Notes: generated from the sequence alone by a model not told the origin. A DNA stretch of 64,000 nt from Planctomycetota bacterium (GCA_038043285.1 JBBTCJ010000022.1:15539-79538), one strand, 5' to 3'. Positions 39,101-47,287 are shown, numbered from the stretch's first letter. Numbers and translations: made by a program.

Positions 39101-39615
39101 AATGGGTCATCGAGCTTCCACTCGCCGCGGCGGACCTACGGTGGCGGGGGTTCTCGGAAATCAAATCACGCGCCGAAGGACATCCCACGACGCCGGATCA
39201 CGATGTCGTGTTTGCCAACCCGCCGTGGCGCGGCACGCTCGAGGGGTGGTGCACCCGATACGGCGACGTGCTCGAACTGGTGGCCGCACGCGATGGTCGG
39301 CTGGCCATCGTGAACGGCGGCGACTCCATGACGCTGCGATTCGCCGATCCCGGCGTGCCGGGTCGGACCCCCCCAAGCCCCCCCTTTGCAAGGGGGGAGG
39401 CTTCTCCGCCGAAGGGTTTTGTACGCACTTTCTTTTTCTACTCCGTCGGTTGGGACAAGGACGCGGACGCGAACGTGGTCGATGGGAACACCGTGGAGCC
39501 GCTACCTTCCGAGGGGCCGCCCGGGCCGGCGGATTTCGAGGCCGATCCCGCGGACTGGCGACTCCGTTACAACACGCGATGGGTTCCGAGAGACCGTTTT
39601 CATCCGTCGGAGTGA
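36169..39615 (+). CDS. TPR + FG-GAP/VCBS + ASPIC/UnbV (CRTAC1-family) protein with a large C-terminal extension
   Basis: The signal-like N-terminus starts at the ATG at 36169. It has TPR repeats, 'YEHDGDVDLML', 'DLDGNEAVDFVV', 'DIDGDGDSDLLL', and the UnbV segment 'GIGTHIELR...LDSLQTIWTNG'. Confidence 0.85.
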   Translation: MSSPGSVWRQTAFLLALLSRSALPSPASVEDVDRLMNLAKAHLENRESAKAVEVLAELLKADPTSTAALRNLARAHLIARRYEAAVEALAQAEKMEPNSPATAYLKGLALLRLSRFDQAIGPLETAVRGDPNTGALRYQLACAYEGVGGDEKAGQQFHETLRLDPLHAGAYFKLSAQARKANQPEEAQKYQNEFVRLRRLLGEAARSAEAFEQCGHTRPEGAAIPARRGDRGATKAALEVRFEDATEAVFPAGVARGAATAAVVEVDAEGGCAIFAADGDGGLSVLRLTGLVAGAPGSDEKAAGGVFERKVMESPGAPGLKDRVRAFAADYHDDVPPGVRYDAKLHALTDVLLVGSERLYLLKQTAPGVFSDVTGQSGLPEGGANAARWLDYEHDGDVDLMLAGHDGLQLWQNNGDGRFENATERVGIQPTGPAVDAAIGDLDGNEAVDFVVARGKAPTLVYLNQRAGRLALMSEPPGPWPPASRAIINDFDNDGLLDTVLLGRKEATLRFGGAGETIRMDLGSLDATAVAPIDHDNDGWLDLCFAGGFETPAESRGAGIRLFRNPGFHASPPPEWRDVSEPTKLADLNLPPIRDAIAADIDGDGDSDLLLTDAGDRLHFLRNAGAHANGQLKIRLLTVKTNPTGIGTHIELRKNDFRIVRQVNELPIEIGVGGRKTLDSLQTIWTNGVVDNQIDATVGNAPQTVIEKNVATGSCPFLYAWDGKRFRFVTDVLGNSPLGLSLRRDVMLPADPDELALIGPADGFPPQDGAYTVAVTSEFCEVLYLDFVRLLAVDHPADVEVHSTDKIMPPPFAPSEVWALGNPRRLIRAEGSDGQDRTEALRAADGVFAPPGLALPPPFRGMCHHLSLTLDFGPLDTDRPLVLALTGWLQYGQASTNIALSQSSRVEVIPPVLEVEAADVAWVPLDVTVGIPAGKTKTILCDLSGKLPSGARRLRLTNTFEIRWDRAALFERRTLSPEWVIELPLAAADLRWRGFSEIKSRAEGHPTTPDHDVVFANPPWRGTLEGWCTRYGDVLELVAARDGRLAIVNGGDSMTLRFADPGVPGRTPPSPPFARGEASPPKGFVRTFFFYSVGWDKDADANVVDGNTVEPLPSEGPPGPADFEADPADWRLRYNTRWVPRDRFHPSE
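39375..39403. repeat. GC-rich palindromic element, in-frame inside the CRTAC1-family gene
   Basis: The sequence aagccccccctt-tgc-aaggggggaggctt encodes 'PSPPFARGEASP'. Confidence 0.5.
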
Positions 39616-39838
39616 ACCTGAATCGCCCGTTGAAGCTCCCAACCCGTCTGTTGCCGCACACGGTCCGTCCGCAGGCGCCTCCGGCCCGTCCGGGGAACCC
39701 CCCGCAACGCCTCCGACTCCGCGCGAAACGAACCGAAAACAATGGAGGAGTCTTCAAGCCCCGCCGGGATAGCCGGATGCAACGTGATCTGTGTTACTCC
39801 CGCTTCTTCCCGCTCAGACCGAGCAGTGCGCAGGTCAG

Positions 39839-40003
39839 TCAGTAACCCGTTCCGCCGGCCGCCATCGCCAACACGCCGCAGACGGGGGCTACGATGCCAA
39901 GAACGTCGCCCACGTCGACGATCAGTGGGCCGACGGCCAATACGACTCCAAGCGCCGCATAGCCGATCCGCATTCCACGACCAAGATTGGGTTGAAGCGG
40001 CAT
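39839..40003 (-). CDS. Small hydrophobic protein (possible DUF2892-like), uncertain
   Basis: The ATG at 40003 has an aaagggagag SD. The sequence is 'MPLQPNLGRGMRIGYAALGVVLAVGPL...GVLAMAAGGTGY'. The support is weak. Confidence 0.3.
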   Translation of the reverse strand: MPLQPNLGRGMRIGYAALGVVLAVGPLIVDVGDVLGIVAPVCGVLAMAAGGTGY

Positions 40004-40203
40004 CCCTCGGCTCTCCCTTTCATTGTTGAACCCCTCGTGACCATGATCGTACCAGTCGCTCAAGATTTCCGCCCGTCGGGTGCTCCTCGCCGCATGGAAC
40101 CTCCGCCTGACGGCATCCACCGTGGTGATCTTCCCCAAGGCATCATATACTAGGTTATCGGGCGGCGACGGTTGATCGCCCGTTCCTCTTCGGCGGATCG
40201 ACG

Positions 40204-41160
40204 GTGGGGCGCGACTACTACGAAATCCTGGGCGTCAAGCAAAACGCAACGGAGGACGAAATCCGCCGCGCCTACCGCAAGCTGGCCAAACAGCACCACC
40301 CCGACCGCAACCCCGACGATCCCGCGGCGGAGACCAAGTTCAAGGAGGTCCAGCAAGCCTATGCGACTTTGAGCGACGCCCGGAAGCGCGCCGAATATGA
40401 TCGGTTCGGGGCCGCCGGCGTCGGGCAGTGGAGCACCGATCCGCGTGGTCAGCGCGTCTACCAATGGGGGGGCGGATCCGCCGTCCGCGGCGAGGATCTT
40501 GAGGATCTCTTTTCCGCCTTCGGGGGCGGACGACACGCCAGCATTTTCGACCAATTCTTCGGCTCAGGCGGCGGTCGGCATCCAGCGCGTCCTCCCCAAC
40601 CGGTCGCGGATCAGGACCACGACGTGACCGTGTCGTTTGAGCAGGCCGCCCTCGGCACGACGCTCGCGCTCGATCTCTCCACCGCCGGCAATGGCCGGCG
40701 CGAACGACTCGAAGTCAAGATTCCCGCGGGCATCGACGACGGTCAGAAACTGCGTCTCCGCGGCAAGGTTCCCAACCCCGGCGGCGGACCGCCCGGCGAC
40801 CTGCGACTTTGCATCCACGTTCAGCCGCACGCCTTCTTCGAGCGCCAGGACGCCGATCTGTTCGTCGACGTGCCGATTTCGATTTCCGAGGCGGTCCTCG
40901 GTGCCAAGATCGAGGTTCCCACGCTGGAAGGCCGCGCAACGCTCACCATTCCTCCAGGCACGCCGAGCGGTTCCAAGCTTCGCTTGGCCGGCCGCGGATT
41001 GCGCCGCCGCGGCGGCGGCTGCGGCGACCAATACGTCGCCGTCAAGATCGTTCCGCCCAAGACCATCACCGACGATCAGCGGCGGTTATTTGAATCGCTG
41101 CACGAGGGAAGTCCCGGCGATCCTCGCGCGAACTGTCCCTGGAACAGGAGAGGCACTTGA
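40204..41160 (+). CDS. J-domain co-chaperone lacking the zinc-finger region (CbpA-like DnaJ)
   Basis: The J domain is 'DYYEILGV...EIRRAYRKLAKQHHPDRNP'. It has a G/F region and DnaJ C-terminal domains, but no CxxCxGxG repeats. Confidence 0.9.
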   Translation: MGRDYYEILGVKQNATEDEIRRAYRKLAKQHHPDRNPDDPAAETKFKEVQQAYATLSDARKRAEYDRFGAAGVGQWSTDPRGQRVYQWGGGSAVRGEDLEDLFSAFGGGRHASIFDQFFGSGGGRHPARPPQPVADQDHDVTVSFEQAALGTTLALDLSTAGNGRRERLEVKIPAGIDDGQKLRLRGKVPNPGGGPPGDLRLCIHVQPHAFFERQDADLFVDVPISISEAVLGAKIEVPTLEGRATLTIPPGTPSGSKLRLAGRGLRRRGGGCGDQYVAVKIVPPKTITDDQRRLFESLHEGSPGDPRANCPWNRRGT

Positions 41161-41579
41161 TGATTCTCGGCCAACCGGGAACGGATCGATACCGCTACCG
41201 ACTCGGGCTGGCGTTCCTCTGTGCCGGGGTGCTGTTTCTGCTCTGGGCGTGGGGAAGCTGGTTGTTCCGCGCGTCCGCCCAGGCACAGGATCATGCACCG
41301 CGTCTGGCGCTCGAGTCGCGCTCCGACGGCGCTTTGTCGAAAGAACCGCCGCACGGCGCCGCCGGCGGAAACCGCGCGAAGTTCCTTCGCGCAAGCCCGC
41401 TCTTCTTGCTCGTCGGGCTGCTCTTGGTGTTGACCTTCCTGCTGGGCAGCCTGGCCGCCGTGCGGCTCATCCGGCGCTATCGCCTGCGCGTGGAGGCGAC
41501 ACGCCGTGGCCCATCCGCCTACGAAGACGTCTGGTCCATGCACAAGATTCCCCCGCGCGACGAAGAACTCGACGACTAG
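41160..41579 (+). CDS. Hypothetical two-TM membrane protein coupled to the J-protein gene
   Basis: Its start overlaps the upstream stop. It has two hydrophobic segments ('LGLAFLCAGVLFLLWAW', 'LFLLVGLLLVLTFLLGSLAAV'). Confidence 0.45.
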   Translation: MILGQPGTDRYRYRLGLAFLCAGVLFLLWAWGSWLFRASAQAQDHAPRLALESRSDGALSKEPPHGAAGGNRAKFLRASPLFLLVGLLLVLTFLLGSLAAVRLIRRYRLRVEATRRGPSAYEDVWSMHKIPPRDEELDD

Positions 41580-41620
41580 ACCAAGCGATCCGACTCACCT
41601 TCATCTTCGGCTTCGACGGT

Positions 41621-41738
41621 TCGCTCCCTCACGGTCGCAGCTCTGATGAGAAGCGGCTGGCCGTTTGAACAGCGCCGCGACCGTGAGGGAGCGGAGCCGT
41701 TTCTGTTTCTGTTCCGTACCGCGACCGTCAGGGAGCGG
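41621..41738. repeat. Cluster of three REP-like motifs (CCGCGAC-N6-GGAGCGG), one inverted and two direct
   Basis: Copies are 41621-41640 (minus, degenerate), 41675-41694 (ccgcgaccgtgagggagcgg) and 41719-41738 (ccgcgaccgtcagggagcgg). Confidence 0.65.
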
Positions 41739-41882
41739 CGTCTGCTGACCCGACAAATAAGGTGCCTACGATCACTACCGCGCCCGGCCGTCCGGCAAGC
41801 TGGGATCAAGTCGCGTGACGCGCGCCGGCGAACAAGCGCCATCGCCGGAAACCTGGAGGGCTTCGCGCTAACTGTCGCGCCC

Positions 41883-41932
41883 CAAAACACCGCGGGCGTC
41901 GAAGTCGCCTTCGACGCCCGCGGTCTTTTGTT
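41883..41932. terminator. Bidirectional intrinsic terminator between convergent units
   Basis: The stem is accgcgggcgtcgaag / cttcgacgcccgcggt. It is flanked by CAAAACA on the left and TCTTTTGTT on the right. It lies 17 nt from the csp stop. Confidence 0.75.
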
Positions 41933-41948
41933 CAACGATGGTCTCGAC

Positions 41949-42152
41949 CTAGTTGGCCATGCGGACTTTGCAGGCCTTGGGGCCCTTCGCTCCTTGCGTC
42001 ACCTCGAACTGGACGCGGGAGCCTTCCTGCAGGCTACGGAACCCGTCCATCTGGATCTCGCTCTGGTGGACGAAGACATCGCCTCCGTCATCCGACTGAA
42101 TGAACCCATAGCCCTTTGCGTCGTTGAACCACTTCACTGTACCTTGCGGCAT
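41949..42152 (-). CDS. Cold-shock protein (CspA family)
   Basis: The sequence '[30 protein letters not shown]' contains the RNP1/RNP2 motifs. Confidence 0.95.
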   Translation of the reverse strand: MPQGTVKWFNDAKGYGFIQSDDGGDVFVHQSEIQMDGFRSLQEGSRVQFEVTQGAKGPKACKVRMAN

Positions 42153-42257
42153 GACAACTTACCTCTACTGCTTACGCGCGTCTCCGGTCGGTCGCCCGCG
42201 AAACAACATCTGCTTCTGTCAAAGGACGCCCGCGCTTGCGAAAACGCTCGATACAGT

Positions 42258-42286
42258 ATTGTCGCCCACCTCGGCCTCCCTGTCAA
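42258..42286 (-). promoter_or_regulatory. Putative sigma-70 promoter of the csp gene with a ~100-nt leader
   Basis: The minus strand reads TTGACA-17 nt-GACAAT. Confidence 0.4.
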
Positions 42287-42542
42287 AGGCTTTCTTGTCG
42301 ATCGCACCTCCCTCCGCCCGCCGCACCCCGGAACGCCTCGCCAAAATAGCCTTAACTCATTGTTTTATAGTGACTTACGCCTCAGGTGGCGAATCGACGT
42401 CCGGTCTCGACGGGTTGTTGCGAATCCGCCGCCAAGCTAGATTCCCAGCGACGCCGCAGCGTGCACGGTCACCCGATTCGCGGTTTCCACGGGGGCCGGT
42501 TTTCCACGATGGGACGCCGAACGCCTCCCCGGAAACGATCGC

Positions 42543-43547
42543 ATGAGCAAGATCGACCTCCACACCCACGTGCTCCCGAAGTCCTGGCCGAACCTCAAGG
42601 AGCGCTTCGGCTACGGCGGCTTCGTCAACCTCGAACATCACGCGCCGGGTTGCGCGCGGATGTCCATCGACGGCAAGCACTTCCGCGACGTCCAGGAGAA
42701 CTGCTGGTCCTCCGCGCGGCGCATCGAGGACTGCGATCGACAAGGCGTCACCATGCAGGTGCTCTCGACCGTCCCGGTCATGTTCAGCTACTGGGCCAAG
42801 CCCGCTGATACGCTCGAACTTTCGCGCATCCTCAACGATCATCTCGCCGGCGTGGTCGCGGAACGCCCGACGCGCTTCGCCGCCCTCGGGACGTTGCCGA
42901 TGCAAGCCGCCGACCTGGCCATCCGAGAGCTGGAGCGCTGCGTCCGCACGCTCAAGATGCCCGGCGTACAGATCGGCTCGCAGGTCAACGGAATGAACCT
43001 CGATCACTCCTCGTTGTTTCCAATCTTCGAGGCCGCCCAGGCGCTCAACGCAGCCGTCTTCGTCCATCCCTGGGACATGCTCGGCAAGGAACGGATGAGC
43101 AAGTTCTGGCTCTCGTGGTTGGTGGGCATGCCCACCGAAACGGCGATCGCCATTTGCTCGGTCATCTTCGGCGGAGTTCTGGAGCGCCTGCCGCGGCTGC
43201 GCATCGGCTTCGCCCACGGCGGCGGATCGTTCCCCGGAACCCTCGGACGCATCGAAGCCGGCTTCCACGCCCGACCCGACCTCTGCGCCGTGGACAACAG
43301 TGTCAGCCCGCGGCACTACCTGGGCCGCTTCTACGTCGATTCGCTCACCCACGATGCCGACGCCTTGCGACAGCTCATCAAGCTGGTCGGCGCCAATCGC
43401 GTCGCCTTGGGTTCCGATTACCCCTTCCCTCTCGGCGAGGCCGAACCGGGAAAGATGATCGAAGCCATGCCCGACCTCTCCCGCGAGACCAACGGCCGAC
43501 TCCTCCACAAGACCGCCGAAGAGTTCCTGGGAATGTCGTGTGGGTGA
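42543..43547 (+). CDS. 2-amino-3-carboxymuconate-6-semialdehyde decarboxylase-like amidohydrolase (ACMSD family)
   Basis: Motifs are '[23 protein letters not shown]', '[14 protein letters not shown]', 'FVHPWDM', '[13 protein letters not shown]', 'FAHGGGSFP' and 'DYPFPLGE'. Confidence 0.88.
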   Translation: MSKIDLHTHVLPKSWPNLKERFGYGGFVNLEHHAPGCARMSIDGKHFRDVQENCWSSARRIEDCDRQGVTMQVLSTVPVMFSYWAKPADTLELSRILNDHLAGVVAERPTRFAALGTLPMQAADLAIRELERCVRTLKMPGVQIGSQVNGMNLDHSSLFPIFEAAQALNAAVFVHPWDMLGKERMSKFWLSWLVGMPTETAIAICSVIFGGVLERLPRLRIGFAHGGGSFPGTLGRIEAGFHARPDLCAVDNSVSPRHYLGRFYVDSLTHDADALRQLIKLVGANRVALGSDYPFPLGEAEPGKMIEAMPDLSRETNGRLLHKTAEEFLGMSCG

Positions 43548-43660
43548 CCGTTGCGACCGAGTTGAGCTTTGTGATCCGAACCCCAAGCGCGAGCGCGGTC
43601 AGAGTATGTTTGTACAACCGTTGTTTGCTCCGAGCCGCGACGGCGGGGACGCTGCGGAAA

Positions 43661-43840
43661 ATGCTGCTTGCAGCCGCACGTGATTACGACGCGATTCCAC
43701 GGGAACATGATGGATTCGGCCGCCGTTTTGTGGTAGAATTCCCGATGAACGGCCCCAAGGGCGCCGCGATGATTCGTAGCCTGTGGATCGTCCGAGAAAA
43801 TGAGGACTTCGCACGACTTTCGAGTTGCTACGTCGTTTGA
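43661..43840 (+). CDS. DUF6883-like C-terminal fragment (possibly truncated)
   Basis: The C-terminus 'GRRFVVEFPMNGPKGAAMIRSLWIVRENEDFARLSSCYVV' resembles the DUF6883 C-terminal pattern. The expected N-terminal part is not evident. Confidence 0.35.
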   Translation: MLLAAARDYDAIPREHDGFGRRFVVEFPMNGPKGAAMIRSLWIVRENEDFARLSSCYVV

Positions 43841-43854
43841 ACCGGAGCACTGAC

Positions 43855-44073
43855 ATGTCGAACTCGCCCAAGCTTCTTGACGTCGTGGCTCTGACCGTGG
43901 ACCTGCCCGAGCGGCAACTCGTCCGCGGCCAAGTCGGCACGATCGTCGAACTGCTCGACGGCGGGGCCTACGAAGTCGAGTTCAGCGACGACGACGGACG
44001 GACCTACGCCGCCTTCGCGCTGTTCCCGGCCCAATTCATGATCCTGCACCATCGTCCCATGATGGTCGCATAG
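43855..44073 (+). CDS. DUF4926-like small protein
   Basis: The sequence 'LLDVVALTVDLPERQLVRGQVGTIVELLDGGAYEVEFSDDDGRTYA' matches the DUF4926-type pattern. Confidence 0.55.
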   Translation: MSNSPKLLDVVALTVDLPERQLVRGQVGTIVELLDGGAYEVEFSDDDGRTYAAFALFPAQFMILHHRPMMVA

Positions 44074-44091
44074 AGAAAACTCGGTAATCCT

Positions 44092-44117
44092 GTAGCGTCG
44101 CCCTTCATGGGCGGCGC
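44092..44117 (+). terminator. Post-stop hairpin (GTAGCGTCRCCC family)
   Basis: The hairpin is gcgtcgccc-ttcat-gggcggcgc, ~20 nt after the stop. Confidence 0.45.
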
Positions 44118-44616
44118 AGCTCTTCGGCACAAGAACCCGCGCCGCGGATGAACCGCCACGCGACACAAACGCCGAGCTTTCTCCATTGCGGCACACTACG
44201 ATGGGTCCACGCCGCGAGGCGGTCGGTGGGCCTTGGGTACCCCGACCGATCGGAGCCGCAGGCACCAGTTTGCGGACACGCTCGCCAGGCTTGTCACCCC
44301 TCGCCGCTTCGCCTGAACTCCCGACGGTTATCGGGACGTAACCCCCACTTCGCCGAAACGCGACACATTATCGGCGCTGCCTCCACAGCCGCCCCCGCGG
44401 GATTAAGTGCGTCGGTCGCGGGACCGAAATGACTACAGCCGAGTGTACGCGCGCCGCGCGCGGCGAGTTGCTCCCCTGGACGCGAAGTGTCAAGGGTCAG
44501 CTCGCGTGGAAGATCGAAGGTCGGTCGAGCTTCCGGCGTCCGCGCGGACCTTGGGATCTCAATAAGGGCGGGAGTCGCCGCGTATCACCGCGGGACTCGT
44601 TGATGGAGAACGCAGG

Positions 44617-45045
44617 GTGGCCGGCGAGCGTCAAGTCAAACCAACGAGGAGGAGCACGGCATCGGCCGCCGTCAGCGAGCGTCGTCGAACCCCGCGCCGA
44701 CGTTTGGAGGCCGCCGTCGAGGTCCGCCTGTGCGGTCTCGAATTCTCGCCAACCGACGCCGTGCACGGCTCGTTGCTCAACGCCAGCCACCTCGGTCTCG
44801 CCTGTCGCGTGACCGGCGAGCAACTCGATCGGGTGATGCGCTTCGGCAAGGTGCTGCGGGTGGCCTTTCAGCTCGCCGGCGACAGTTGGGGGTTCAACCT
44901 CCTGGGGCGACTGGCCAACATGACCCCCGCGTCCTCGCCCGATGAGATCGTGCTGGGTCTGGAGTTCCTCGAGGAGGGCAATCCTCCCGCCGAGGTCGAG
45001 CGGTTCCGCAAGGCCCTCGAGCAGGCGGGCACGGAGGAAGGATGA
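44617..45045 (+). CDS. PilZ-domain protein
   Basis: Motifs are 'ERRRTPRRR' (RxxxR) and 'LLNASHLGLA' (NxSxxG). The GTG start has a ggagaa SD. Confidence 0.7.
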   Translation: MAGERQVKPTRRSTASAAVSERRRTPRRRLEAAVEVRLCGLEFSPTDAVHGSLLNASHLGLACRVTGEQLDRVMRFGKVLRVAFQLAGDSWGFNLLGRLANMTPASSPDEIVLGLEFLEEGNPPAEVERFRKALEQAGTEEG

Positions 45046-45055
45046 CCGTACAAAC

Positions 45056-45835
45056 ATGAGCGCGACACCAACGATCCTGCAAGAACCTCAGCAGACCGTT
45101 CTCACCGACTGCATCCGTCAGCAGCGCCAACTCGTCCTCACCCACAACACCCCCAAGGGCTGGCTCACGTTCCGCGGCGCCTGGCTGCAAGGCTCGCGCG
45201 AATCGGGGCGAATGACCGTACAGGTCGCGCTTCCCCCCGAAGCGGACGACGACATCGTCCCGCGCCCGGGCGTCAGACTTGGCGGAACGTTCCGACTGGG
45301 GCATAAAAAGTGTATGTTCTGTTCCGAGGTCCGCGGGGCGGAACGCAACGGCGATTCCGCCAGGATCGAACTGAGCTGGCCCAACGAACTGCAACAACTT
45401 CAACGCCGCGTCTTCGAGCGCGCCGTCCCCCCTCAAGGAACGGTCATCGCCGTGCGCTATTGGCCGGAAAACTCGGCGAACACGGGGCCGTCGGAAGCCA
45501 GGACCGTCCGTCACGGACAACTCGAGGATCTGTCCTGCGGCGGAATGAGACTTCAGGCGGCCGACCCGGCCGACCTCGCCCTCGGATGCACCTACCGATG
45601 CTCGTTCGCGCCGCGCCCGGGCAAGCCGGCCATCGTCGTCGATGCCATCCTGCGGCATCGACAAGCCGCTGACTCCGGAAGGGGACGCGTCTCGCTGGGC
45701 TTCCAGTTCGTCGGACTGGAAACCGAACCCGGCGGTCTGCGGACGCTCGAACGGCTGGCGCGCCTCGTCAGCCACCTGCACCGCGCCCACAGTCGTCACC
45801 CCAGGCGCTCTGCCCAGGGAGCCGAATCGACCTGA
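45056..45835 (+). CDS. YcgR-like protein (PilZN-like N-domain + PilZ domain)
   Basis: Motifs are 'LQRRVFERA' (RxxxR) and 'LEDLSCGGMRL' (DxSxxG), preceded by a ~110-aa N-domain. Confidence 0.7.
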   Translation: MSATPTILQEPQQTVLTDCIRQQRQLVLTHNTPKGWLTFRGAWLQGSRESGRMTVQVALPPEADDDIVPRPGVRLGGTFRLGHKKCMFCSEVRGAERNGDSARIELSWPNELQQLQRRVFERAVPPQGTVIAVRYWPENSANTGPSEARTVRHGQLEDLSCGGMRLQAADPADLALGCTYRCSFAPRPGKPAIVVDAILRHRQAADSGRGRVSLGFQFVGLETEPGGLRTLERLARLVSHLHRAHSRHPRRSAQGAEST

Positions 45836-45878
45836 CCCCAGGGAACCCACCGCGCGGGTGCAATGGTTGGAAATCGTG

Positions 45879-45904
45879 GTAGCGTCACCCCTCGTGGGTG
45901 GCGC
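45879..45904 (+). terminator. Post-stop hairpin (GTAGCGTCRCCC family)
   Basis: The hairpin is gcgtcaccc-ctcgt-gggtggcgc, ~45 nt after the stop. Confidence 0.45.
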
Positions 45905-46004
45905 ATGGTAGCGAGAAAGCGCCGGGACAAGCCCCTGACGCTATGGACGGCCATCCCGCGCGACATCGGAGGGCACGAACGACGCGCGCCCCGACCTCCT
46001 CGCC

Positions 46005-47027
46005 CTACTTGCTTTCCGACCCCCGCAGCCAGGGCATCAACGAACGCACGAACGCCCCCGCTCGCTCGTAGGCCGTGCCCACGTCAGCCTGGTGCAATCG
46101 CCGAAAGGTAGGCGCCCCCGCGCGATGTTCCGCGATCCACTCGCGGGCGAACGATCCGCTGCGGACTTCTTCCAAAATCCGCCGCATCTCCTGTTTGCAC
46201 TGTTCGGAGATCAACCTCGGTCCGCGGGTCAGGTCGCCGTACGCAGCCGTGTTGGAGATCGCGTCGCGCATCCCCGATAGTCCGCGGGCGTACAGCAAGT
46301 CCACCACCTGTTTGAGTTCGTGGACGCACTCCAGGTAGGCAAACTCGGGCGGGTATCCGGCTTCCACGAGCGTCTCGAAGGCCGCCTTGGTCAGCGCCGT
46401 CATGCCGCCGCACAGAACCACTTGCTCGCCGAACAGGTCGGTCTCCGTCTCGGTGGCGAAGGTCGTCTCCACGACGCCCGCGCGCGTGGATCCGATCCCG
46501 GCCGCCCATGATAGCCCCGTCGCCTGCGCACTCCCGCTAACGTCCTGATGCACGGCCAACAACGCGGGAAGCCCCTTGCCCTCGACGTAGAGCGATCGCA
46601 GCAGCGTCCCCGGCCCCTTCGGCGCGACCATGACCACGTCGGCCTGCTCCGGCGGGCGGATGAATCCGAACCGAATGTTGAACCCGTGCACCAAGCCCAA
46701 CGTGACGTGCTCGCCGCGCGCGATGCGGTCCCGCAGCAGGGGCGCGATCCGCTCCTCGTAGACTTCGGCCGCGGACTCGTCGGGAAGGGTGAGGATGACC
46801 AAGTGCGCATCCCGAACCGCCTCGGCGACCGATTGCAGAGCGAAGCCGTCCTCGCGGGCGCGCTCGGCGCTTTTTCCCTCGCGCTGCCCGACGACGACGG
46901 TCACGCCGGAGTCGCGCAGGTTCAGCGCGTGCGCCCGGCCCTGGTTCCCGTAGCCGATGACCGCCATTCGCAGCTTACGCAGCAGGGTCACGTCGGCGTC
47001 AGCTTCCGTATATACCTTTGGATTCAT
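46005..47027 (-). CDS. ilvC: Ketol-acid reductoisomerase (class I)
   Basis: Motifs are 'VIGYGNQGRAHALNLRDSG', 'LVHGFNI' and 'FGEQVVLCGG'. Confidence 0.95.
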   Translation of the reverse strand: MNPKVYTEADADVTLLRKLRMAVIGYGNQGRAHALNLRDSGVTVVVGQREGKSAERAREDGFALQSVAEAVRDAHLVILTLPDESAAEVYEERIAPLLRDRIARGEHVTLGLVHGFNIRFGFIRPPEQADVVMVAPKGPGTLLRSLYVEGKGLPALLAVHQDVSGSAQATGLSWAAGIGSTRAGVVETTFATETETDLFGEQVVLCGGMTALTKAAFETLVEAGYPPEFAYLECVHELKQVVDLLYARGLSGMRDAISNTAAYGDLTRGPRLISEQCKQEMRRILEEVRSGSFAREWIAEHRAGAPTFRRLHQADVGTAYERAGAFVRSLMPWLRGSESK

Positions 47028-47258
47028 GCCCGTATCCTATCGCTTCGCATTCCCATCGGAGCGGGTGCGCGGCTTCCGAAGCAATCTGGGAAATCGGAAA
47101 ACGTACCCTGCGTGAGCGCGGTAAGGGTTCAGGTTCAAGGACTTCGTGCCGCGGAAGAACCGAGTCCCGAACGGAAAGGCCGGGCAAGACCGGCAGGCTG
47201 GGGACGATTCGTCACCGCAAAACAAATCACAACCTATTTTCACAGCACGATTTCCGGT

Positions 47259-47287
47259 TTGACGGTCCGAGAAAAATGTAGTATATT
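47259..47287 (+). promoter_or_regulatory. Near-consensus sigma-70 promoter upstream of dnaG-rpoD
   Basis: It reads TTGACG-17 nt-TATATT in an AT-rich intergenic region, ~90 nt upstream of the dnaG ATG. Confidence 0.55.

Noticed and set aside
42375-43586. 403-aa ORF on the minus strand
   Set aside because: It lies antisense to the ACMSD-like gene, whose motif support is very strong.
44429-44812. 127-aa plus-strand ORF upstream of and overlapping the PilZ gene
   Set aside because: Its composition is Arg/Ser/Pro-rich with no motifs. It overlaps the PilZ ORF, which has canonical RxxxR and NxSxxG motifs.
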